Shown here: positions 27,875-40,184 of the stretch, piece by piece
Layout: each line of letters begins with the position of its first letter
Position numbering within the stretch: the stretch's first letter is position 1
Source of the DNA: Rhynchobatus australiae
Taxonomy: Eukaryota
Assembly (NCBI GenBank): GCA_034780895.1
Contig: JAUZTB010000071.1
Span: 3,114,174 to 3,178,173 of the forward strand
Reading direction: 5' to 3'
Length of the DNA: 64,000 nucleotides
Position numbers and translations under genes: made by a program
The notes under the pieces: generated by a model
Seen by the model: the letters and a program-made list of their open reading frames with translations, nothing else
Told to the model about the DNA's origin: nothing
Database searches by the model: none

Positions 27875-27896
27875 TAGGCAGCTTCATGTTGTCGGG
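27875..27896 (-). promoter_or_regulatory. Full-length miR-196 complementary site in the HoxB8 3' UTR
   Basis: Plus TAGGCAGCTTCATGTTGTCGGG versus miR-196a TAGGTAGTTTCATGTTGTTGGG: 19 Watson-Crick pairs plus 3 G:U wobbles. Equivalent to the known mammalian HOXB8 slicing site. Confidence 0.93.
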
Positions 27897-28247
27897 ATTT
27901 TAAGCTAATAGTTATTAGCTGATGTAGTGCACACGGCTTAAATATACTACAATGGCATTTTAACACACAAACTAGCACATTGTCCTATGAACTTCACGTT
28001 AAATACTTTACAGGAACTCACTTAAATAGCTAGATTGTTACACAATGACATGTAAATGTCTGGTAGAAAGTTGAAATGGTCCTTTTAGTCTACACCTTCA
28101 TACATTTCCGTACAATGTTTTGTATCATACAGTAATCAGTAACATTTGTTCTGCATCTCACACCCGCACTGCTTAAAATTTGACTACCTTATCCTATCAA
28201 TTCCCCCCTCCTTATTTTGTCAGCTTGTTGTTTTGTTATCATTGTTG

Positions 28248-28525
28248 TTAATCGTTTTCTTCATCCTCTTTCCCGTCTTTCTCCTTTGGACTCTCCTCTA
28301 TTTCAGACTTACTGCTGGGAAACTTATCTTTGTTATTTTCCTTTTTCCATTTCATTCTTCTGTTCTGGAACCAAATTTTGACCTGCCTCTCGGTTAGTCC
28401 CAGGGCGTGCGACACTTCGATCCGCCGTTTGCGAGTCAGATATGGATTGAACAAAAACTCTTTCTCAAGTTCTAGTGTCTGATAGCGACTGTATGTTTGT
28501 CTCCCCCTGCGCCGTCCTGCAGCTA
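28248..28525 (-). CDS. hoxb8: HoxB8 exon 2 (homeobox)
   Basis: Acceptor ttactcAG|TAG (tandem NAGNAG). Encodes (V)[72 protein letters not shown]...END*. Confidence 0.95.
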
Positions 28526-29081
28526 CTGAGTAACAGAGGGGAGAGAGGGGGGGTGGGGGNNNNNNNNNNNNNNNNNNNNNNNNNNNNNNNNNNNNNNNNN
28601 NNNNNNNNNNNNNNNNNNNNNNNNNNNNNNNNNNNNNNNNNNNNNNNNNNNNNNNNNNNAGTGAGACCCTACCTCAAAAACAGAGAGAGAGAGAGAGACA
28701 GAGAGAGAAAAGAAGGGCAAACAGTCAGTTTCTGCAAGTGTTACACCAGGGTTACTAAAGCAAGATTCAAACACTATTAAACACTATTCAACATCTTAGG
28801 AAGAAATACGCCATAAAATTGCAATAAAGCTACAAACGGCACATAATATAGTACACTTAAAACGCCTTCAGGATCATTAAAGTATAAAGTAATTTACAAG
28901 TGGTGAAGTTTAGAATCATAAAACACTAAAGTTACAGTCTTTTTCTTTATTGGCTCAGGAAACGAACCTTACTGGGTTTCTAGAATAAGCGTGTCTGTGT
29001 GTGTGAGTGTCCGTGTGTGAGAGCCTTTAGCCCCTTATCCTCGCTTTCACCCCTTTTATTTCTTGCTGGTTCATGCCTCAC

Positions 29082-29508
29082 CTTGCGGTCTCATCCACGG
29101 GAAGAGCTGTGTCGGAGATGAACTCTGTTCTGAATTCTCTGCTTCTTCTCCTAGGCTGTTCGCCGTCGACTTACAGTCGGGGTATTGGACCAGCTCGGCC
29201 TCTTGTTGGGCGGCGAAAATTGGCTGCCTTTGCAAGGCATCGTAGCCGTAGAAACTGCCGGGATCCCCGTGACACGTCACCGCACATGGATTCTGTTGAT
29301 ACGCGGAGGTGGAGAGGGTGGCTGCGCCGTGGTGGTAAAAATCCTGGATCTGACTGGGATGTTGGAAGCTTCCACCGCTGCCGGGTCCATAGACCACGGT
29401 GGCTCTAGTGCCCAGGTCTTGGCTGAACCCACAGTCATAATAATTGGGACGAAGAGCGTCCCCACTTTTATACTTGGAAAACAGCGAATTCACAAAGTAG
29501 GAGCTCAT
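29082..29508 (-). CDS. hoxb8: HoxB8 exon 1
   Basis: [28 protein letters not shown]...[12 protein letters not shown]...[12 protein letters not shown]. Donor G|GTGAGG at 29082/29081, phase 1. Confidence 0.96.
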
Positions 29509-30344
29509 CTGGAAAGGACTAGATCTTTCTGCTGAACGGAGGGAACTTAGTGTTTGGTAAACAGACAAACAAATAAACCAAGGATTTTTTTTCTAGGAAA
29601 ATTAAACCTTCATCTTATTGATCTCAACACACAGCATCCCGGCATCACATCTTCGTGAAGAGGTTCACTCATAAACAGTTTTCTGTGATTTACTTCAGCC
29701 CAAATGAGTTGTTTCATATTTTGCCGTCTCTTTTCATGATAATTTGCATTTATTAGCCCAACCACGTCCTATTGGCTTTGCTTACTCCGTACGGACACTG
29801 CACCGCGTGAAAAGGGAATGGTGAGAGAGAGGGAATGAAAGAAAGATAGAGAGGGGGGAATATGCGGATTAATATATTCCACCATGTTCATTACCGGGAT
29901 ATCAGCCGCTTTACAACAGATGAAATACATACGCCACCAAAAGATTGATAAGGGGAAGTATCTATGCTGTTGTGAAGTAGAGGATGGAGAGTCAGACGTT
30001 AATTTCCAAACCATTTAATGAGAATATGCGTCTCTTTTAAAGGTCAGAGTTACATCAACAAGACATGGAAGTACAGTAGCAAACCCAAAATCTAATTACC
30101 ATCAACTTTGGACCTAATTGCTATATTTCCTCCCAAGTTATTGCAGTACAGCGACATGTCCAGCAGCCCTCTCATGCAAATTATTTGGGATTTTTTAAAA
30201 AAAATTGTTTAATCATAATAAGGAGTTCTAGTGGTATTTAACAATTTAATGATCCGTTTTCCTATTATTAATAAAGCCCTTTATCTGGTGCTTGGACGGA
30301 CCCTGGAACAGTAACAGTCATCTGAGAACTATAGGAAAGAGATT

Positions 30345-30505
30345 AAGGAACTATAAAGCGCAATAAAAGCGCAGCCTGTTATTGTTTATAACATGCAGTG
30401 AACGGCAGTTAGTGTTTTTATGAGACGCTCTGTGTGGAACAGTAAAATATAGGTTTCCTGAAGTGGACTCTCTGTGGCCGGTTACTATTTTAAACAATAA
30501 ACTTA
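30345..30505. promoter_or_regulatory. Cdx-type motif cluster about 0.9 kb upstream of HoxB8
   Basis: ctataaa, gcaataaaa, tttata, ttttatga and caataaa within about 160 nt. Cdx-responsive elements upstream of Hoxb8 are established in mouse. Confidence 0.4.
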
Positions 30506-30710
30506 TACATATACACATATATGTATATGCAAAGACATTCCTTATTGGTTCGCAAAGTATATTGCAAATTTGTCCTCATTAAAGTTGTTTTAGCTCCCAG
30601 CTCAGACGCAAAGATTTCCTACTGCCGGCAAGTGTAATGTACAGTTCAGAGAAGAAAGAGAAAGACATGAACCTGCTTCGAATCTATTTTACTTTAACAC
30701 GTTATAAAAT

Positions 30711-30711
30711 G

Positions 30712-30744
<33 letters not shown>

Positions 30745-30784
30745 CTGTGTGTGTGTCTATGTGTCTGTGTGTCTGTGTCTGTGT
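30711..30784. repeat. (TG)n microsatellite
   Basis: Direct inspection. Confidence 0.9.
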
Positions 30785-33700
30785 AACTGCAATTATTTAC
30801 AACAAGTTGACACTACATTCGAAAATCGAGTGTTAATTTGAGAGAAACTGGTAATGCTGGGCCACATTTTTAACCATTATTTGCGATTAAACCCTTAAAG
30901 AAACGCAGTAATGATGAAACATGTGTACCCTATGTTAATTTTTAAATGTTATAATTTTATTTTTGGCAATTGATTGTGAACTATTTCCAGACCCCAACTA
31001 ACATGAGATTCAGCAGAGTAAAACTGAACCGTTTTCTAGTACAATAGATCCAATACTTTGGTTTTGTGGACAAGTTGACAATGAGCTATAATTGCTTTGT
31101 CAAACCTTAGCAGATCTGGCAAAGCAAACTAAATGTAATCATATATTTTAATCATTACAGACAGCTTACTTTGTATTGTTATTCGGAATATCCATATGCA
31201 AACATAAGACTGACCCAAATTAACAGTCTTTTCGCTCTCATCACAGTTTAAAAGTTAGTTAAAATATTACTTATTTGAACGTAAGGTGTAAGTAAAACTT
31301 TCGGATATCAATGTCATGATAATCATATTGCCTATTAAATTTTTACACATTCATTAATATCTTTCTAACGATTTCTCTACGACTTAACCATGCACCATTT
31401 CCGACCTTCTATTAGTGATATTTGAATACAATGTTTTTCTATAAGAATCTCCCAGTATAGCAGAACTTCAGAAGCAAACACTGATGATTTCTGGAGTTGT
31501 GCATTTTGATTCAATTCTGTAAAAAGAACATCGCAAATTCCGAGGATATGAATGCACTGGTGCCGGAAAAGTAAAACGTCCAAACTGTGTATAACCATTT
31601 GAGATTTTAGTTAGATACCAGGTTATTAACATCTCTCGTGACCTGTGGAATATGGTCAATTTATCGAATAAGGATTTTCTCATGAAAAAGTTGCTCAAAT
31701 ATATTCACAAATGTAGTAGGTAAAATACTTTAAAAAATTGGGAAAAAAAGGATTCGATTCTGAAAATATTCACGTTTTTAAAATAACTTGCTTTAAAAAG
31801 CCGTTGCATTAACCTTCAGGGAAAATTGTTTTACCGTGGGAATGAATAATTTCTATTGTACAGTAGTTTATTAAACGGCTTATCGTCGAAAGTTTGATCT
31901 TTCCAGCTACCTGTACCTGCCGTTTCTCTGACTCAGATTATAATAATTTAACACTGCCTCCTTTTCTCCGCGAGGTTACAGGGCAACTTTGAGGGTTACA
32001 GGATTGTTACTTTCATTTTTAGCAATGCCTCTTACCAGTGTTATTGGCCCATTATATATTTATTTTCGTCCGCAACTTATGTGAAATGCTGTTAAATATA
32101 ACGGAACAAATTCTTCGATTTAACGCGATAAAATTCCTTTAAAAATTGCAGTTTTCCCACAACATAGACTAACAAGACAATCAATAATGCCGCGAAATTC
32201 GCACAAAAGATACCTGTTTAAAACACGATCCTCTTGTGACTACAACTGGCTAATTAGGTGAAGAATTTTAGAGCCTTTTAGGAAACTGATATCAGACAGC
32301 AAAAAAAAGTCCACAACTTGCGAGGGTCCAGCCCGCGAACACCCACGTGATTCTTGTTTTATGTTGAGGTATTGCGGCCGTGACGTGCTTTAGATGATTC
32401 TGGGGTGTTTGGTTAATATTGCGGACTTCTCGATTTCTTGTGCTTTTAATAATTTAATCTCTCTATCAGCCACGTGCATCATTTCATGGCTTTGGTTCCA
32501 ATTTATCGGAAAGTATTAATAAATGCATGTGCTAAGTTTGGCTTTGTGCATTCAAATATTATGAATTTGAAACGGCAAACTGTAAACTNNNNNNNNNNNN
32601 NNNNNNNNNNNNNNNNNNNNNNNNNNNNNNNNNNNNNNNNNNNNNNNNNNNNNNNNNNNNNNNNNNNNNNNNNNNNNNNNNNNNNNNNNNNNNNNNNNNN
32701 NNNNNNNNNNNNNNNNNNNNNNNNNNNNNNNNNNNNNNNNNNNNNNNNNNNNNNNNNNNNNNNNNNNCCTGGTACCTTTCACAAACGCAGTGACGACAAT
32801 TATTTTTAAATCTATTTCAAGAAACATATCCACTTCTGCCTACATTATTTACAGATAAATTTACTTTATTTCTGAAGCCAGTATGCTTGGAAGTGTATAA
32901 CTACACTAGTGCACCACTTGTATCTACATATAAACATGCAGCATCACAGTGTAGTGGTATCTATCATAGGTTAATGCCGAGACTTCGGTTTCATTTTCCA
33001 TTGATGTGTCGCTCAATTGCTAGATGGAATTACACAAATAAAACTCAATTAATTGTGTAGCTAAGGCACTTGTGCCGCCTTAATGGGATAAATGTTGATA
33101 ATTTAGCGGGTGAATAGCATCACATTGGAGTTTAATCTGAGATGAATAGAACGTGAGCATCATGTACGAAAGGAAGGAGAAAACATCCTCGAAATCGGCT
33201 TGTTTGAAATCTAAAGTCGCATGCTTTTTTTTGCTCATGGTAGACGACAGTAGAAAGAACTGCCACATATATTTACACACAACACCTTTAGATGTGTAGT
33301 AAATGATTCTAATTAGGAATTATTAATTGCATTTATCTGCAGTTCTCGGTGTAAAGGTGAAGACATCAAAAATCAAAATATAAAATATCAAACAAAATCT
33401 GTTATACTCGGCGCCTTTGTGTTACATTCTGGTTTTTTTTTTGCTCAAAGTGTGGACTTCTGTCAGTCCATGAATAATATATACATAGTGTAGGAAAATG
33501 AGATAGAATATAAAGAAAGAAAAACTGATAAAGAAATAAAGGGGGCAGAAACAGATAAAGTACGGTGCTAATTTAAGTAAAGCGTTTCCTTTATCTTGAA
33601 AGAAGATCCGGTCCTGATGTTATAGTTAGTCCTATTCTGTCCAAAGGACTGCTGTTCCTCAGCCTTTATGTCATAAACAAAACAAGACTGCAGTTTGGTT

Positions 33701-36700
33701 TAAACATGAACGTGGCAGATCAATCTAAAACAGAATTGTACAACTTTTTAAATCCTGCAAACGATAACAAAAAATGAAACCAATTTGGCCTAGGCTGAAA
33801 CATGAAGGTCTAGAAATGTCTGGAAGAAATGTTCATGCATTTTGCTTTCAGTGCAAATGTGTGGGATATGGTTTGTTGAACAGAAGACTGGTGCACAAAT
33901 AATAATCAATACGCGTGAAACAGTCTAGGGTAGATTCAGTGCGGTGAAATGTGAGAAATATAACGGGGCTGAAAGTTCATCTGGAAGCTAAGCATTCAGA
34001 TATGATAATATTCACTTTAAACACACCCTTTAATCAGGGAACGCAACCAGTTATTCTCCCGTTACATGCGTCGTTTTATAATAGGCGATTACAAATCCCT
34101 CTTTTTGCTCGATATTTAGCTGCTTAAGCAACATTTGCAAAACCTAATAGTTCATACATTTCCCAAATGTTGCAAGCCTCATGATTTCACTACAATGGAA
34201 CCGTCCCTGTTCATTTAATGTCTTGTCGAAAATGGCCGAATTTATTTCTTTGTAAGTTCTTAAGACTTACTAAAGCATCTGACAAAAAAAGGCAAAAAGC
34301 ATGGTGCGTAGGTTACTTTCCCAAACATCATTTAGTGATATATTGAGGGAAATTAGTGCAAAACACCTGATCAGAGCAACATTTTAGCAAAAAAAAACCT
34401 GACATGCTTTGCCTTTTTCTGCGCAACGTGATCGACCAAGAATAAAGATGGTATGTCAGGAACTGTATACTTGTTAAGTGCATAAAGGCTACTGAATCCT
34501 GGATTCCTGGACTAACGTATGGTGAAGCGCTATGATTGAGTTTGGTGGAACATTGATGCCATCTACTGGAAATGGAGAGAATTAGTCTGGACTTGTGAAA
34601 ACACACAGGATGAAATAGCATTAGTAAATATGCGTAATAGAGTGATAACATCTCGCGGTAAAGGGTTCATTAGCATCAAATAGCGGCGAAAGAAAATGTT
34701 TAAACTCCTGGTTCCGTCGTTTTATATAGAGGTGATCAATGCCAATAAACCACATCCTCATGAAGTATTGGAACGGTTGCTTCCAACATACATTCCTAAA
34801 AAGCATTAAAGAAGAGGAACAAGGGAGAAAGAACGCTTTGAGAATTGAATTGCATCCACCTCCAAGGCATTTTACTTTAGAATAATCTGCCAGGCATGGG
34901 CGCGGGCTGTAAACACATCCAAAGATTCTGGGCCAGACGTCTCGCCAGAATCTGTATAGCTTTTTATTGCAGTAATTTCTGGCAGCCTGGAAGGGTTAGG
35001 AAGTAGAACAAAAGAGGGCGTCGCTTGCTTTAGGGTCAAAAAGCATTTTGGTTTCAATACAATATTCAGCCGGATTTTTCTTTAAAAATACAAACTTAAT
35101 AAAGATAATTTTGTTGAATTATTATTACAGCATTATTATTATTTTTTGGTTTTCTGTTTACTATCCACTGTCCANNNNNNNNNNNNNNNNNNNNNNNNNN
35201 NNNNNNNNNNNNNNNNNNNNNNNNNNNNNNNNNNNNNNNNNNNNNNNNNNNNNNNNNNNNNNNNNNNNNNNNNNNNNNNNNNNNNNNNNNNNNNNNNNNN
35301 NNNNNNNNNNNNNNNNNNNNNNNNNNNNNNNNNNNNNNNNNNNNNNNNNNNNNNNNNNNNNNNNNNNNNNNNNNNNNNNNNNNNNNNNNNNNNNNNNNNN
35401 NNNNNNNNNNNNNNNNNNNNNNNNNNNNNNNNNNNNNNNNNNNNNNNNNNNNNNNNNNNNNNNNNNNNNNNNNNNNNNNNNNNNNNNNNNNNNNNNNNNN
35501 NNNNNNNNNNNNNNNNNNNNNNNNNNNNNNNNNNNNNNNNNNNNNNNNNNNTCAATTTTTAATATGCCCCTGACACATCCATAGCCTTTTCAATGAAACG
35601 TCCTGAAGCTTTTAAGGTAGCGAACGCGCTTCCCTCCCATTTAATTATAAATAGTTTCGTTATCGACAAAAGGTTTTGCAAGTATTATCAAACAGAAATA
35701 TGATCATTCCTGAACACACCGTGGAATTGATTAACTTTTTCATCATATTCAAATATGTATCAGTTTTTTTTACATGCGATTGTTTCAAGGTACTTTTTGA
35801 GCAGCATATTTAAAAAAATTAACATTTGTTTTTAATTTTATGTGCTGCAGACCCGCATGTTAAGTTTTATCGAGTGTTTCAGTAACAATTCTGAAACATT
35901 TTGGTTTGGGACTACGTTTCGGGATAGGTAATTATGGATGTAGCAGATACCAAAACGATAGTCAATTTCTTGAAGCAATTTATTTTGCTGACCATACTAA
36001 TCCGGCCTATTATACAAAAAACACATGCATATTTATATACGTATGCGAGAAGTATACATCATGATGTATGTATTCATTATGTATGTGCGTATGTACGTAG
36101 AGATACACAGCCAGTCATGCTAATGGAATATGCATTTCTTGACAACAAAGTTTTCTATATGAATTCCTTAAACTTGCCAAATGTGTAAAAAAGCTGGCTT
36201 AAACCCTTTGAAAATAAATAATATTGAAATGACATCCCATTAGTTTGGAAATTTAACTTAGGTAGATCGGTTGGCGGGGTATTACTTACCACTATGCAAT
36301 TGAAACGTAAAAGTAAATCTGCAAGACACAGATAACGATATTTTCATCCTAATAATGTATATAAATTCTCTAAGAATATATAATACACCTTGCATGTAAA
36401 TACGTGCTATTTTACATTTGAATCCTTCAAGCAGTTAATTATGTTCCAATAACCCTGATGTTTAATATTCAGCATGTAATAAGTGCTGAAGTTTCATAGT
36501 TAATAGTATGAATTTGACAATAAAATATATAAAGTAAACAAGATATAATTGCGGTTAAGATTGCTGTTTGCACTTTGTTCAGCGGGGAGTTAATTAATCG
36601 GTCAAAACACATCAAAATAGTGAATTCTTCAGATCCTCTACTGATAAAAACATTGAAAGTAAATCACAGTCTGTATTTTATTTCTGTACTAAAAGCTTTC

Positions 36701-38686
36701 GGCATCGACTCCGAATAACGTTTCTTCATATGACTGAAGCATTTTTATCTAGCTTTGTTTAGAGAAACACAGCCTTGGTTTTTTTTTCGCTTCTTCCCAG
36801 TAGCTGCATGCATTCTCTGCTCTGTGCTATTGTACTGACGCTTCGCCGTTGTGACCACTGTGGTGGGGAATTTATTGGAAAAGCTCAAGAACTGCATCAT
36901 AAAATTACCGAGAGACTCCATGTCCGAGGCTGCGGTAGAAAACACTGACATTATCTCCAATTATTTTCCCCTGATTCGTCGGATCAATATTTGCTCCTTT
37001 TGAGATTTTAGGAATTGGTTTCAGTTGCTTCGTTCCAAATAAAACCTTTCAATTCCCTATTTTCAGATGTTTTCTAAACGTACTAAATCAATATAAACAT
37101 TTTGGCTTCTGGCTATTTTAATGGTTCTGGTTCAGGCCCANNNNNNNNNNNNNNNNNNNNNNNNNNNNNNNNNNNNNNNNNNNNNNNNNNNNNNNNNNNN
37201 NNNNNNNNNNNNNNNNNNNNNNNNNNNNNNNNNNNNNNNNNNNNNNNNNNNNNNNNNNNNNNNNNNNNNNNNNNNNNNNNNNNNNNNNNNNNNNNNNNNN
37301 NNNNNNNNNNNNNNNNNNNNNNNNNNNNNNNNNNNNNNNNNNNNNNNNNNNNNNNNNNNNNNNNNNNNNNNNNNTAAAATCACATTAAATAGTGCAACCG
37401 CGCGCTGCTGCTGTTGGACAGTTCCGGAGGGGGGGGGGGGCGGGGGGAGGGGGGGTTGGTATACAACCTCAAAGTAAGGCCACCCAGATTTGGGGTGTTT
37501 ATTTAAAATAGTTGATTCGATTACCTTAAATCTAAAATCTGCACAACCCAACAAAAGTCCGAGTATAAACACCAGCTCCACACCGGACAGAGACATAAAG
37601 ATACGCAGAAATATTTACAAGTTGCCTTCTGGAATGTTTTTTTTTAACCACAGTTTATCTCTTTAAACTGATCCATTTGTCAATCTCCTTCCTTGCATCT
37701 CGGTGGATAACCATAATCCGGGTAACTTTGTCAGATTATTCCCATGTAGCATTTTGTATCTTAAATGTTACGAAATCCTACATGATACATCGTTAATTTT
37801 TCATCGCGACCATATTTGTCGTGCTAAGTACTAAACCCTTATTTTAAAAGCCACGTGGTAATAGTTACCCAGAGATATACAAACACTTAACAAAGGATAC
37901 AGGCAGCTAAACGTGACAACTACTCATTTAAACTTTGGGGGTCTGGTTATGCATATTAAACCAACACACGACAGGCCCAAACTCACCCAAACACACAAAC
38001 TAAAGTCTACAGAAATAGAGATTGTAAAGTACATGATCATTCGGTTTAAATAGTAATCACAATTCCTTGTAAGAAAGCATATCCTCCAACCAAAGTGATG
38101 GGGGGGGGGAGGGGGGTCGGAAAAACACTAATAAAACAACCGCAAATTTAATGAGTTTAACAATGTATTATAAACATTCACCTTTGCATGTAAACAATTG
38201 ATAGTAAGTCGTGTTAAATCACTGCAAACAGAAAAGATTACTATGTATATAAAATCAATCGTAGGACCCTTCCCTCAAATTGTTGCTCTGTAGCGCCGTC
38301 GGCCACCAAGACCATCGCCAAAAGATTCACAGAAATCGTAATAATTTATAAATAACTTGAAGTTTCTTTTTAAACCCTCAAGACAAGAGAACGGAGTCGG
38401 AATAAAAGCTCGCTGATCTTTCTGACTAATAGAGTGATTGAGAATGAGAGGAAGTTGTATCTCTTAATATCCTGCAATAAAATCCTTTACACGTGACTCT
38501 ATTCCCTGAATGAATGCACTAAAATGTTCGAAATAAATAGCCGAATTGCTGGATGTTAAGACCTTGCATTCAGGCTATTCTTTGTTGTGGAAGGGTGGTG
38601 ATTTTCTCTGAACTACAGTGGTTTACGGATATATTGCAGTGAAAGCAATAACCGGCTACGCGCTAAAGTTTCAACTAAACAGCTCG

Positions 38687-38928
38687 TCACTCGAACTCCT
38701 TTACGTGCTCCTTACTGAGTCTTTTCATCTTCATCCTCCTGTTCTGAAACCAGATTTTGACTTGTCTCTCTGTCAGGTTCAGAAGACGCGCCACTTCGTG
38801 CCTCCGCTCTCTGGTGAGGTACATGTTGAACAGAAATTCTTTCTCCAACTCCAGGGTTTGATACTTGCTGTAAGGACATCTTTTTTTCCTTGTCGAGCGA
38901 GCGTGTAACCAATTTGCTGAAGGATTGC
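38687..38928 (-). CDS. hoxb9: HoxB9 exon 2 (homeobox); absent from the ORF track because no in-frame start codon precedes it
   Basis: Acceptor cttcAG|GC at 38929/38928. Hand translation: (S)[79 protein letters not shown], with TGA at 38689-38687. Confidence 0.95.
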
Positions 38929-39253
38929 CTGAAGATGAGTGGAGAAGGAAGAGGAAAGGACAATCAGACCAGAATAAGAATTGTAACGAGAACCGTTTTC
39001 ATTAATACACTTCTCACAATGCAATGCGCGTGGGGACATAGTCCCCAAACATTCATGAACCTAAGAACTGTGATATCGTGCCTGTGTTTGGTCATATTCC
39101 TAAGTGTCAGTAAGTTGCATTACTAAACTGCAAACCGCTGGGCGGCTACTGAAGGATTAGATTTATTTTGTTTTTTTTTCTGTTTATGACCACGTTTGCA
39201 AATTGGGGCGTAAAACTAAACGGCGGCAGCAATGCATAAATTTTTCTCCCCCA

Positions 39254-39322
<69 letters not shown>
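39254..39322. repeat. (CT)n microsatellite in the HoxB9 intron
   Basis: Direct inspection. Confidence 0.9.
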
Positions 39323-39326
<4 letters not shown>

Positions 39327-39667
39327 TCAACGGCTTCACACAATGATTTGCCACACATATTTGCTCACCCTTCTTCAGAAGATTGATACAAAAAGCGGGG
39401 AAAATAACAAGGGGAAAACGTATAATCAGTCATTAATGTCTTTATTGCCTGCTAGAGTAAGGCCGTCGTTAAAGGTTTGCAGGTGGTTACTTGTGNNNNN
39501 NNNNNNNNNNNNNNNNNNNNNNNNNNNNNNNNNNNNNNNNAAAAATCAGTTAAATACGTGTGACTATACTGGAGACAAACTGACTTTAATTAGAACCTTA
39601 TTTCAGTAGTATTTCCAAAACTATTTTCTTTCTGGGATTAATCAAGTCCATCTTATGTCCAACTTAC

Positions 39668-40184
39668 TTTGTTCTGCTGCCTCTTTGTCCCCTTTCTCTT
39701 CATATAAGCTGTCTTCATAGCATGGCGCTTTCCCGGAGCTCATGACTTCGTTCTCCAAGGACTCCCCGTGCAATTTTTGGAGTGCCGCCGGTAAAGTTTG
39801 GCCGCCGTGGCCCGCGAGGGGCTCTGCTTTCAATGAATCGTGACCGCTGGAAGGTATCCCCTGTACGGCCACGGCTCTGGGGGTCGTGTCCAACCAGGAC
39901 CGCATATACCTGCTCTCAGGCGGGATGGGATGAGACTGGACATATGGATGGTACAAGGTGGACACATTGGCAGAGGGTTGAGGGTACACTGGGGTCCAAG
40001 AGGTGCCGAACACGGAAGATTTCGTCTGAAAATTACAAGCAGGGAAGTCGGGATGTTCGCTAAGCCCTGGCTGTCTGGAGACTATATATTGTCCCGAAGT
40101 TAACTTTGTTGCAGCTGTCCCTTCGTTATCATGACTTATAAGGGAATCGACAAAATAGTTACTAATAGCACCAGACATCGACAT
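39668..40184 (-). CDS. hoxb9: HoxB9 exon 1
   Basis: MSMSGAISNYFVDSLISHD...HPDFPACNFQTKSSVFGTSW...SRYMRSWLD (Hox9 activation region). Donor A|GTAAGT at 39668/39667, phase 1. Confidence 0.95.

Noticed and set aside
29063-29535. Plus-strand ORFs overlapping Hox exons (also at 39.8, 48.5 and 53.8 kb)
   Set aside because: Antisense shadows of GC-richer coding sequence with no recognisable motifs.
37426-37459. G-run tract with quadruplex potential downstream of HoxB9
   Set aside because: Low-complexity homopolymer near a masked block, with nothing else supporting function.
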